Assembly: GCF_002571385.2 (NCBI RefSeq)
Contig: NW_019217963.1
Span: 479,164-543,163 of the forward strand
Origin: Stylophora pistillata
Lineage: Eukaryota
DNA length: 64,000 bases
Reading direction: 5' to 3'
Shown one piece after another: positions 37,020 through 49,000 of the stretch (the stretch's first letter is position 1; every line of letters starts with the position of its first letter). Under the pieces are notes generated by a model. It was not told where the DNA came from and searched no databases. It worked only from the letters and a program-made list of their open reading frames with translations. Position numbers and translations under genes: made by a program.

Positions 37020-40000
37020 TTATGTTACTGCTGTCGCTGTTTTGCTCAAACTCAAGCCAGAGGTGCATACATTCTGCTTGATTGCAACCTTGAACCTTCT
37101 GAGTGCAAACGAGTCTGACTGAGTTTTCTTCACAGCAGGCAGGGCGGATGAAACCTCTTTCATGTGATAAATTCTCCAGCCAGGAGAACTCAACTCACAT
37201 GGAGAGAAGTGCCAATTCAAGCTGTTTACGTACTTTCTGAGCAAATGAAACCCCAGTGGAGTTGCCCCATCCGTGGCTCCTTTGAGTTGGATAGAGAACA
37301 AATTCCATAGACGGTGCACGGAATACATGCCTGGAAAAACATATTATATTGGAAGTGAGAAAAACTGTCATGAAATGAGATAGTTATACGGCCCACAAAA
37401 GTTTTTATCACTTTTCATCTAGAATTGGGACACTTAAATAACGAGAGCCACATCAGGGATAAATGTCGTATTCTTTTGTGCTTCAGTCAAGATTTCAAGA
37501 CCTTTATACTCGTGGTAAACTAGGGCCGATATCAAATTTTCTTAAGTAGGCATTACTCAGTGAAAGCCTATGACCAGTGCTGTGAAAAAAACCCAAACAA
37601 AGACAACAACAACAAAAACAGACAACAGAAGGGGGAAAGTGACCATATACAGAAACTTACTTTCGAGTAATTCTTCCAATTTACCCATATGATCAGTCTT
37701 AATCCTCTGAAGCTTCCTCTGCGTCAGATGTTTCTGCATCTCCAAAATAACCCTCCTCTACTGGTTGATCTTCCACCACTTGAGTTACCACTAAAAAGTG
37801 ACACGGTCGCCAAAACATTAATTTAAAAGAGAAATGTAATCGTTTGTTCCAGGATGTAATCAATTGGGATATGGATCGAGACGTTTCGACTGCATACTGC
37901 TAATGTTCTCCAAGTACTGTTGCTGGTTTCAATGCTGTAGGAAGCTTTCTACGCTATCGCGGGCTAAGATGGTAAAAGTGTCGTCTAAGTAGCGTTTCCA
38001 GATCCTGGGTATGTAGGGTGATGATGTTACTGCTTGTTCTTCAAAACTCTCCCTGTGGAGGTTAGTGATAACTGTAGAAACCGGGCTTCCAACAGCTGTG
38101 CCTTCATCTAGTTCGTAAATTGATCCATTGTACTGGAAGTAACAGATTAAAATCGACGACGAAAAAACACAACAGTAGCAGAGCCGTGCGGCAGCAGACC
38201 ACAGAGGGATCCTGCCCGAAAGATGCACCAATCACAGCTGTGGAGTTCTATCCAATCACGGCTAAGCACACAACATACGGCTGACTCGGTCGACCTCAGC
38301 GCCTGAGGAAGACTAGCAGCATGCAGTCGAAACGGAGCGATCCACATCCCAGGTGACCACATCGTGAGAGAAACGATTACATTTCGCTTTTAATTATTTA
38401 CCACGATGAGTGATCTCAACCTATTTTAAGATAAAAATATTCATGTTCAACAAAGAATCAATGCATCATGGTCCAAATTTGTCGAGACCAAGATTTCCTA
38501 TCACGCAACTTAAGTAGATGGTTCTCCAGTTGAATTGCAATTTTTTAAGCCCCCATTTATGACAAAAGTTGAAAAAATCGACATTAGACTTACTACTACA
38601 GCTTTCTCGTAAATGTATTGAACGATAATGAGAATATGAGCCCTTTACTACATAAGGTTAACCAGGAGAAGGCACTTTCGATGGCGATCAACTTTAGAGG
38701 TACATATGTCATGATCAGATTAAACATGCCCGACAAAAGAGACCGTTTACTATTTTTTTAAGTATTTGTACATTAGTCATTAATTCAAGTCTTAAAAAAG
38801 AGAGGCAGAGTGAAGAGAGCGCTTCACTTTCCATTACGAACATACTCCTTTCCACATCAAAATAAATCGGTTTGATCATGATAGCGTTTTTTTTTTTTTC
38901 AGACTGCCAACAGACATTCTGCTGATTCAGGGAATCGCAATTGAAGCCCCTTGTAAAGAAACTAACCCAGCCATGATTTTCAAGCACTTGCGAAAATAAG
39001 AAATAATTACAAAAGAAAAGCTTGGGCGTTATTCTGACGATCCCAGGTTTCATGGTTTGACTCTACGAAACTCTCAATCTAATCATTTCTTGTCATAAAA
39101 GTTTAGAGGTCATTGCTTCAAACAAGCTGAAAATTCTTACCTAACTCTTGGTTATTTTCCTCTGCAAATTCGTCACTTTCGTAGTCAGTCACACTCCTGA
39201 GACGCTTTACAGACTCTTCGACTTCATCTAGAAAGCGTTTAGCGCGCGTAGTCTGCTCGGTTGTGGAATTTTCAAATTTTTTGTAAGTAAATATAGCCTT
39301 TGCCACATAATCACCGTTCAGTGTGGTGAAAGTAACGGTAACAGGTCCTGGCGCGTCACCACCTATTTTGTACAAGTAAATGATACAATATAACATGTGA
39401 TAGATTTTCATTATTACCTGTAATATATGACTTCAGTAGTCGCGCTGAGTTCTTGAAAAAGGAAATTTGTTTTGTAGTGAGTAGTGAGTGTTCCCATATA
39501 GCTAAATACATAAAATGAAGAGCCGCAACCTGTTACGGGACTGGGCAGGAAGCCCTAAACCACTTCTGGTAAAAATATTGTACATCTCGGCAAGAATTTA
39601 CACCCTCTTGTATCACTACTGAGTATACCTCAGGCTGAAAAAGAATCAGCCTACGCAGTTGAAGGTCACTCCTCAGCATAATCAGACAAAAAATGCAAGA
39701 TACTTACGAGGAATTTCCTCTCCAAACATAGCCAGACCATCCCTCGTTACCCTGACTTTCTCGGACCTATTACCAAATGATGCCCAAGCTGTCGCCATTA
39801 AGGGAGGAAGCTCTTCATCTATTTCTGCACGGAAGATTCCTCCGCCCTAGTTGAAAAATGGGGAAAATAAACCCGAAATGTTAATATTCCAAATCGTACT
39901 TCCAATGCGCAAAAAAAAAATGGTTACGGAGAGCTTGGTAGGCGCTAATGTCGATTATTTCAAGTTTTAAATACAAGCATGAACCAGAAAACGCAAAAAG

Positions 40001-43000
40001 AAAAAAAAACTCGTGGCATCCATACATTTTACCGCGTAAAAGGATGACACATTAAATCACGCCTTTCGCAGCTTGGAGCGAAATAGTTTGGTATTTCAGT
40101 GGTGTCTCAAAAATAAAAAGAACAATGCATGGCCGCCTAAAGATAAGAAATTTCTCATCATGAGTTGAACAACATTTCTTCCGTTCGCTGCGCTCATGAT
40201 CACTCGTGAGATATTTTCCTACACTCGAAATCATGCTAGTTGATACGTGATGCAGTATAATGACGGATGCTAGGATTTTGCTAGATTTCCATGGATGAAT
40301 TACAGAAACTTAAACGCGAATTTTACCAATGCCAAAAAATTTAGAAAAAACTTTTAGGCAAAAGCGGAAGAAATGATAAAGTAGGTGCTTCTTTGTCGCC
40401 TCTCAGTACATTTTAATAGAAACAAGGAGGAGTTCTTTTCTAAATGGTACATCTAATATTACTTCCAATTTCCGCTCATTGCAAGTTGGATAAACAAATA
40501 ACGGCAAAGGACAAATACAAAATCTGGATCTACCTGCAAAGGCCCCTCGCTGGGTTTCATTCTCGCTTCTTGAACGCGCAGAGGTTTTGGTCGGTTGAGA
40601 GTTTCAGCCTGACACGTGCTCGCTGTATAAAAATTTAAAAAAAAGCAAAACTAAACGACTGTAATCTGAGACGAATTTTAAGACGCAAAGCAAGTTTTAT
40701 CCCAAATTAAATCTGCCAATTAGTCACTCTAAACCCATGTACCCCTATCGCCGAGTACATAGCTGAGCATTTACGGGGAAAATTCACGGGCGAAAGGGCC
40801 GCGGTTATCGGGGACTTCTACAGCTATTTCATGTCATTCAGGGTGCGGGGCATTAGCACCAATGCAAGCACCAGTCTAATGCTCCGCTATCTCCCGACCC
40901 CGGGGGTGCAGGGATTTATATTGACTAGTCCACTACATACTAGTAAGAATATATCGAATCTAGTCGTGACGAGTTTTACTATTTCGAGATGCTACTTCAG
41001 AAGACGATTGAGTAAGAGATGGGATGCTAGTCTTTCGCATGTTACTCACTTTACCCGGTGATCATATTTTTATGGCCTTTTTAGGTCTCTTTACCCGTAG
41101 TCAAGCGCACTTTTAACTGGACTACCACAATCCAGATCTACACCGTGTAATTTTACTTTTCCATAATTATATACGTTATATACTTTTTTATTCAAGTGAG
41201 CTGTCAATTGCAATAACGAAGAGTCTACTTCGGATTTCGATGTTCTGTCCTAGCCCAGTGTTTTATGGAAAGGTTTTTCAGTTAACTTAGTTAATTTTAG
41301 TTGTTTGTTTCATTTTCCCGTAATTACGGAAATCAAGCCTAACAAGTTTTACTCCGTCAAACTCACCTTCAGACGAAATACCGCTGTCAGATTGTCCGGA
41401 AGAATCTCTTACGTAGTTTGGTAAACGATCTTTCCCCATCAACTACAGAGCAGGGGAGAAAAACACAGACATATTTACTTTGAGCAATTATAGACGCCCG
41501 TGCACCTGCGTCGACATACAAAATAAACGACGAAGATCTTGAAATCAACTTAAAAGCAAATTTTCGAAGTCGTAAGATGACAAGCTTATGATAAATAAGT
41601 TTGTTGAGCTCTAACCTTGACTATAGACTACGAGCAGTCCCTCCTTTTCGGCGAAGTCCGTCACGCGAGTCAAAAAAAAAATCGGTGAAAATAATTGCTG
41701 TTAATGCGCAGTAAGGAACTCTTAGAACTCTCTAAAAGAGCCCCCTCGGCACGCTAACAACAGGTTTTTTTCACTGTTTTTTTTTTTTTTTTTGGCCTGC
41801 GCGATGGACTTTGCCGAAAAGGAGGGATTTCTCATAGTCTATGACTGTTACAATGCCTGCTGTGCGGCCTTAATTCGCCGTAACTTTGGGCGACTTTGGG
41901 CGATTTAAGGCGACTTAAGACGACTTTAGCGAAAGTGGCAGAAAAAACATTGCGACTTTGGGCGATTTAAGGCAACTTAAGGCAACTTAAGGTGACTTAA
42001 AGTGATTTTATTTGACTGAAGTGATAAAATCAAAGTTAGCAACAGTCTCTCCATAAACCTTAAAAATATTTACAGAATCCCTTGCAATAAACACCATAGT
42101 CAATTTGATTACTTTTGTGTGCTCATAAGTCACCATAGTCTAAAACATCCAGATTTCAAACCAATTTAGCTAAAAATGATTGGACAGAATTACCACAACA
42201 GTTGTTATTAAATCATACAGTCAAAGCTAGTGAATAAGTGAGTGGCAACACTAGACACCAAAACTGGACTAATGTGACACCGCGGAAATTCGTTTTTTGG
42301 GGCACGTACAGTATTTTACTGGTCAGCGGACACCTTGACGAAACCAGAAAATGCCGATAACTTTTACAGTGTTTTCGCCATGAGTCTAATCGACAGCGTA
42401 AAAAGGCAAAACTTAGGAAGAATACTGCAAACTTAGCTTTGAAACTCGGCTCACCTTTTGGATAGTTATTATGCTGAGTTATATAATTTGCCAAAGCCGA
42501 ACTGAAGTTGCAAACGATTTGAAATTGTTGTTTTCCGCAGGCGGCTCCGTGGCAACTAAATTCTGTTTATAAAAGAGCTTTTGCACTAGGGCTAAAAATT
42601 ACACGGTTTTTGAATGGCTGAGGCGGTGATCCAAGAACTTTGCATGACCGGGTTTGTAAATCAGTGGCTTGACTCATATAAATCGGCATGTCAACGGCAT
42701 TTTGATCAGATCCGTCGAGAAGACAAAATATGGGTACTCGTGTAAGTAGCACGGCCATCCTATCCCCACTCGTTATTGCCGAACGTTGTATCAAGTTGGC
42801 CAAAACAGTTCTACGAATAAACCTGGAACACACTGCCGTAACATTTGTACGATTGAAGCCCCCAAAGTACAAGAACTGGCCTCAAAAAGAGAAAGATTAA
42901 ACCGAGGTACGTGTCAAGTACAAAATGTCCATTTTAATGATAATAAATGAAGTTTTCACTTTCCACCTTAGTTTGTAATTTTTTTTCTGAGCAATAATTT

Positions 43001-46000
43001 TACTTTCCCAAAAAGTATTTGTTTCCCATCACAATTATGAATAATTTGCAGTATGTCTTTTTTTTATGCTGCTCTTCCCTCACTAATCATTTTATTTTGT
43101 TTCTTTCTTTTTTATTTTTCTTTTCTTTCTCTACTAACTTACTGCCATCTGCAACATAAAATGTACTGAGCTAACAGAAAACTTCTGGTTTATTTAGCTT
43201 CCTGATTCACAAAGTAATATTACCATCTTGGTACTACTAGAAAACAAATTTTTAAAAAAACAAAAGTACTGTAAGGTAAAATAATTATAGTAACATAATT
43301 TAATCGATTTATGAGAAGAAAGCACTGTATTGTCTTTTCTCATATTGCAACAGCCTTGAATGAATCAACTATCTTCTAAACTTGATTTCTTATAATCAGA
43401 AGCTGCCCGAGTTATAAATGAAGAACTCTTGATAGGTGTTTATGGAGGTGTAAAGAACATAATGACCATGATGATTAATCTTCCAAATCAGAAATGTCAG
43501 AGGAAAATTATCAGAAGCATTTCTGAAGTCAAAGTTGTTTGTTAAAAATGTTCAGGAGAAAATTTATTAGATTAAGTCAGTTGTCAATTCCCAGTTAACA
43601 ATAAGTCATGAGGAGTAACCAAGAGCTTGTAATTAGCCACTGCTGTGCCCATCAGTCAAATAAAAATCAGGGATGGGATATTCCCAAACATGAACAATCA
43701 TAGCACCATACAGATGTCCTTTTCCCAACTTATTACTGGGGAGGGGACCACTGGTATGGCTATGCTAGTTGTAGTCAATAAGAAATTCTCAACTAGTTTC
43801 AGCAATATACATATATTTTGCCACCTTGAAAAACAAATGGTTACAAGTCAAATAGAAATGTTTCATAATGATGTTGTGTGGGGATACAATGTAATATCAC
43901 TGATGGGGATCATAATTATCCTTACAGTGGTTCAGAGCATGGGATGTGTATGATTCCTTAAGCACATAGAAACTATGTAAAGCAAAGCTAATCTAAAAAC
44001 AATTAATGGAAGAAGAGTAGTTGATTATTTGCATAAATTAATGCAATGCACGTGCAAGATAGTGGAATATACTTCAGGTAAACAGACATGTGCCTGTAAA
44101 CGTTTCGAATGACTGAGTTATAAAAAGTAATAATAAAAAAAAAGTGAGTTTCATTGAAAATGCTTCCGTGTAAAACAAATAGAGCTGTTTGGGAAATTAA
44201 AGTAGCAGTTGTAGCAACAGGTGCAAGCAAATGTACTAAAGACATGTAATAGAGATCTACAATCAATTGCTATCAATAAAGACTTAATTCAAGATAAATT
44301 GTAAATGAACCGATCATGTTGGACGGTCTCGAATATTACATATTTTCAGCGCCCTCGATCAATCACCTACATAATCTTTCTCGAGCCTTGGCGCAGCAAA
44401 CAATTTTTCAATTTCTTCGATTTGCACCTCCCTTTGTAAACATCCCCATCTATGAGCTAAACAAGCGTTATTCTGTTCACGAGAGATAACTTGTTGATAA
44501 AACTGCAAGTATATGAAATGTACAAATGTTTTCATATTTTGATTACGGACACCCGTTCTTAAAGGTACATAAAATCAGAAAGGTGGAATGGCGAAAAATC
44601 AGTCTATAAAGGTAAAATTATCTTCCAAGCGAATGATTCCAAAATGAAAAGGCACCGCACGTCGACGCAAAGTGAGTGTGAATATTTTCACAACACAATA
44701 ATTACGTGTATCGCTTCATGCTAAAAACACTTAAAAATCCAACCAGTATTCAGACTCGCTGGGAAAGTATCTTCCAGAACTAATCTCCTGCTTTGTCTGG
44801 ATAACTATCGCTGTTTTTGACAAATCTGAATGCGAGGGCGACTGAAGAAACACGATCGCGCTTTGTAATGACGGCCAGCTAAAGTCAGCAAACAGCAAAC
44901 AACTCCAAACACATGACTCCCATGTACCGCTATTTGTTAAGACGTGGTTTTAGTATTAAAAACCCATTCAAAGGATCAATTATAACAAAAAAGGAGAAGT
45001 ATCATGGATATTTTCCAACTTAAAACCACGCAAAAGGCCGATGTTTTTTTCATCGAACTCAGTCTACAAACACACGTGTAGCGGCAAGCGAACATCAAGG
45101 CCGAACGAAGCGCCGAGAAAATCGCGACCGGAGAAATACGACCAAGCCAGGGGATACGTTACGGAGACTTATCTTTAATAGATCTCGTAAACTGTAGGCG
45201 AATTAAAAAAGGAAACTTATATAATCGATTGTACTCAATTGAAACACGTGGCGACTTAACAGCGTAAATAAATCTAACATAACGAAAAGAACTAGTAAAT
45301 GAACTAAGTGCCACGGCAAACACAAAATATATACTTATAAAGATGAAAGAGCTTGCTCGAAACGAGATAAAGGAAAATTATGACTAGAAATAGCCGCTAG
45401 ACGATACGACGGCGGTTGTGGAGGATACCTCCCAATAACACACACACAAAGCATAAAATCAGATCAAGAGAAACGCTACCTTGCATAAATCGGGCAAGCT
45501 ACAGAGTGAGAACAAACGAATGCAACTTACATATCGGTCCCTATACGTCGGTGGCTTGAAACCAAAACTTAAGAAGTAACCTTAGGACGGACGCCGGACA
45601 TAACAGTGAACAGTAAAGGAGCGTACGATGCAACAACTAAAGAAAGAAAAACTATCCGAAAGGCTCAAATGGCACAAAGGCCAACTGTAACTGAAATGTC
45701 ACGCAAACTTCAAGTCACGCAATTAAAGTCGCGCATTTACAACATGGAAGCGCTTGGCAGCCTAAAGTTGATGACCACTGACCACTGTGACGTCACCAAA
45801 ACGTATTTCCGCGGTGTCGACTAATGTCGAGTCCAGTGCACTAACCATTCAGCCACCATGCCTCCTCATCTGATCCTTATGATTAAAGTGGGGTGAATGG
45901 GGTCAATTGATATTAGGGTGGAACCCGCATGACATTGTGTAACCAATAGTGACTTAGGGAAACTTAAGGCAACTTAAGGTGACTTAAGGCGACCTAGGGC

Positions 46001-49000
46001 GGCATAAGGCGACTTTAGGCGACTTAAGGCAACTTTAGGCGACTTAAGGCAACTTAAGGCCCCAGAGTAGGCCTTGTTACAACTATACTCACTCTCAAAA
46101 AACATAATTGATCGATCAAAGTTCAACCAGAGAAAAACATTAAGCTTATACCCTCACTACTCAGTCAAACGAATAACATGCATTTAACCGAAGAATTACT
46201 AAAAAAGTTGGATTGATAAGACTGACTGAATCGATTGCTTCTCAAGGAGCAATGATACAACTAATAGAGTTTAATATACCTTGTTACGCTTCCTGTTTGG
46301 CTTTGTCACTCCACACCCTTGCGTTGTTCCGTGGGCGTTGAATATTCCATTCTGAGAAACGGTTTCTATATCAAATAATCAATATCATTCATTGTCACTC
46401 GGTTTGTTGCACTGTCCAAAAGGCCAATCCAAAATTCCCCCAGGTGGAATTTAGTGACACAAATAATTATCTGAACACCACTCAAAATCCTTAGGACACA
46501 AAAATTTAAAATTATATGGAAGACAACTTTAAGGGCTTTAAGGTTTTAGAAAGGAACTCTAAACGTGAAACATGAAAATTGCCAACCAACCAATGATTAC
46601 AATATTTCTGGAGCTTTGACGTGTATGTTACATTTTAAATTTGTGTTAAAAAGCAGATAGTCAAGCTTCCCTGGCCCACCTTCTAACGAACTGAACGCAC
46701 TGTCATCGCTTTGAAAGGCATCAGTGGAGGATGAGGGAATCTGACTTTGTAGCTAGTAAAAAAAGAAAGAGACCAGTCGTTTTTAAAAGAGCCTCAACTG
46801 TGCCAAATATGCAGGATGTTCATTTCATTGCAAATGAAAACGAGTCAAAGAGTGCATAGGACAATTTTGAAAGATATGAGCGAGGTTTTGTCCAAAGTAA
46901 GAACGTCAATAGACTCATTAACCTAATCTAGATTATAATTATCTGGATGCATCTAGATAACGCACATGTCTTTTCGCATTCACACCATTTCATTAATCAC
47001 ACCACTGCACCAAATAAAAGGTCGTTAAGAATAACCCTATTTAAGGTGGCTGAACACAGTTTTCGCGCGCGCTTTTTCTGATGTAATTAAGCGCGCACAT
47101 GGATTGTAAAAAACAAACATGCCGTCAATAGAGCGGTCATTTTATTTACTCAACACTTACCCGCACTATCTGTGCTATTTTTCTCTATAGTTGGCGCAGT
47201 GTATTGAGGGCTTTAATCTTTTATTACAAAGATATGTTAGAAAATTTAACGGTGCAAAGAACCTAGCAATTCTCAGCTTTTTCGTCGTTACCGAAAGAAA
47301 CCGGTTAAATGTAGCGCATGCGTAGTAAGTAAAAAAATTGCGATTGAATGGAAAATTGCTTTCTCGGAAATAAGCCTATTTCTTGAAAACCACACATTAG
47401 AATTTCACGAAATATGGCACAAAAATACTTTAGGAAATAAGTAACTGGAGTATTGAAAAAAAATGATCTTAAACAAAGGAAATTCTAGAAAATCGAGTGA
47501 AACAAAATGGTGTTAACTTGTGAGTATCGTTACAATCTCCTTGCATACAAATTATAAAGAAAATCTAATGACTAGATTTTCTACAAAGTAACGAAACCGA
47601 TTTTAATTGCCTATTTATATCTATTCATGTCACCATGGCAAAGGCACATACGTCACCTTAACTATCGAAAAAACAAAGTTTATGATATTAACTTGCTTGC
47701 TGCCAGTTTTGGCGACCGACAGATCAAGGGTTTTAGAGAAAATGGTGAGAGAAACAAAGGTATCAAAAACTGTGTTCAGTCACCTTAATTGAACAACTTA
47801 CCTCACTCTGTTCTTGATTTCCATTGATCCAAAATGAGGCCCATGGTATCGTTTCAAATGGTTCAGTATGCTCTCCAAAGTCCATAGCCTCGACGATGTT
47901 TTCCAAATCGAAGTCTTAAAAATGAATTTAAGTCGTGAGTCTATGAGGACTGCGTCTATAGTTTACGTTTTAGAACAATAACGGCTGTTACTCGGGCATC
48001 GAAGGGTGGACAATTCTTCAGCTAAATTTCTATGGCGTGGATTATATTGTCCCATTACTTAACATCATTCTCCAGCGACTAAATTTCCCAATTTAAACCC
48101 TACACTAACAAACAAGGGTTATTGATAGAGCATACCTAAACTTTAAATTCGTTAATTTTCCCATGTAATAAAAAGCAGAATTACCTGGTAAGAAGGGTAC
48201 GTTCAGGTTATCATCCTAGATATAAAACAGAGAAGAAAGAAAATGGTTAGGTGCTTCAATCAACAGCATAAAAAAGCAGGAATGGTGCTTCCTTAAATTA
48301 TACCACAGCAGCCACTGAAAAAAATGTTTTCCAAATATTTACAAAATTTTGCTTGAAGGACTGAACACATAAATTTTCGAACCGAGTAAATTTCTGTCTA
48401 TTTCTGATTTAAAATTCATAATTTTTTTTTCCTCTAATGGAGATTGTTCCAGGCTCTATGGTCTTGCATACGAAAATAATGAATGAGTTAATGCAACCAA
48501 AGCAGTACTCTACTCATACCCAACTCAAATTTTCAATTTGCATTCAAAAATACCCGCTGAAATTTTCTTAGGTCCTCCAACAAAGAGTAACATTCAGTGA
48601 AAGTGTCTTGTTAAGAAAGATTGCTACAGAGACTAACGGGAGGGCTGGACTTTGGACTTTGGACTTTGGACTTTGAACTTTGATGGACTATTTACGCTTG
48701 TCTTCTTTCTAGGTGAAATTCCCAGTATGAAAAAAAAAATTGAACATCGTGGCAGAATTCACTCACCAGCTTATTACTGGTCGTAAAATTTCCCCATTCC
48801 CATGGATCCCATTGTTCCCATTCCACTGAATTTTCTAGGAAACGATTAATTTTCAAAGAGTTAGCACCCTTTAAACAACAGGAGACGCAAGCTCAAGAAA
48901 TGCCATCTCTAAGACTAATTTTGACGTTTCACTCTAAAGCGATTATTTGATAGGAAAATGGCAACCACCTCTGTGAAACTCGGCCACAAGAAGCTAAATT

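Noticed and set aside
39141-40622. Calling gene A/B NF-kB, NFAT, EBF or CAMTA
   Set aside because: No RHD-N (RxRYxCE), COE, CG-1 or ankyrin exons were found; only the IPT is shared.
41880-42005. CRISPR-like array (also 45950-46060)
   Set aside because: 10-bp head-to-tail repeats without spacers, in eukaryotic transposon ends.
42213-45824. Transposase ORFs within the 4.2-kb element
   Set aside because: Short ORFs with no recognisable DDE or DNA-binding motifs.
48647-48681. kB sites in (GGACTTT)n
   Set aside because: Microsatellite lacking the GGG...CC consensus.
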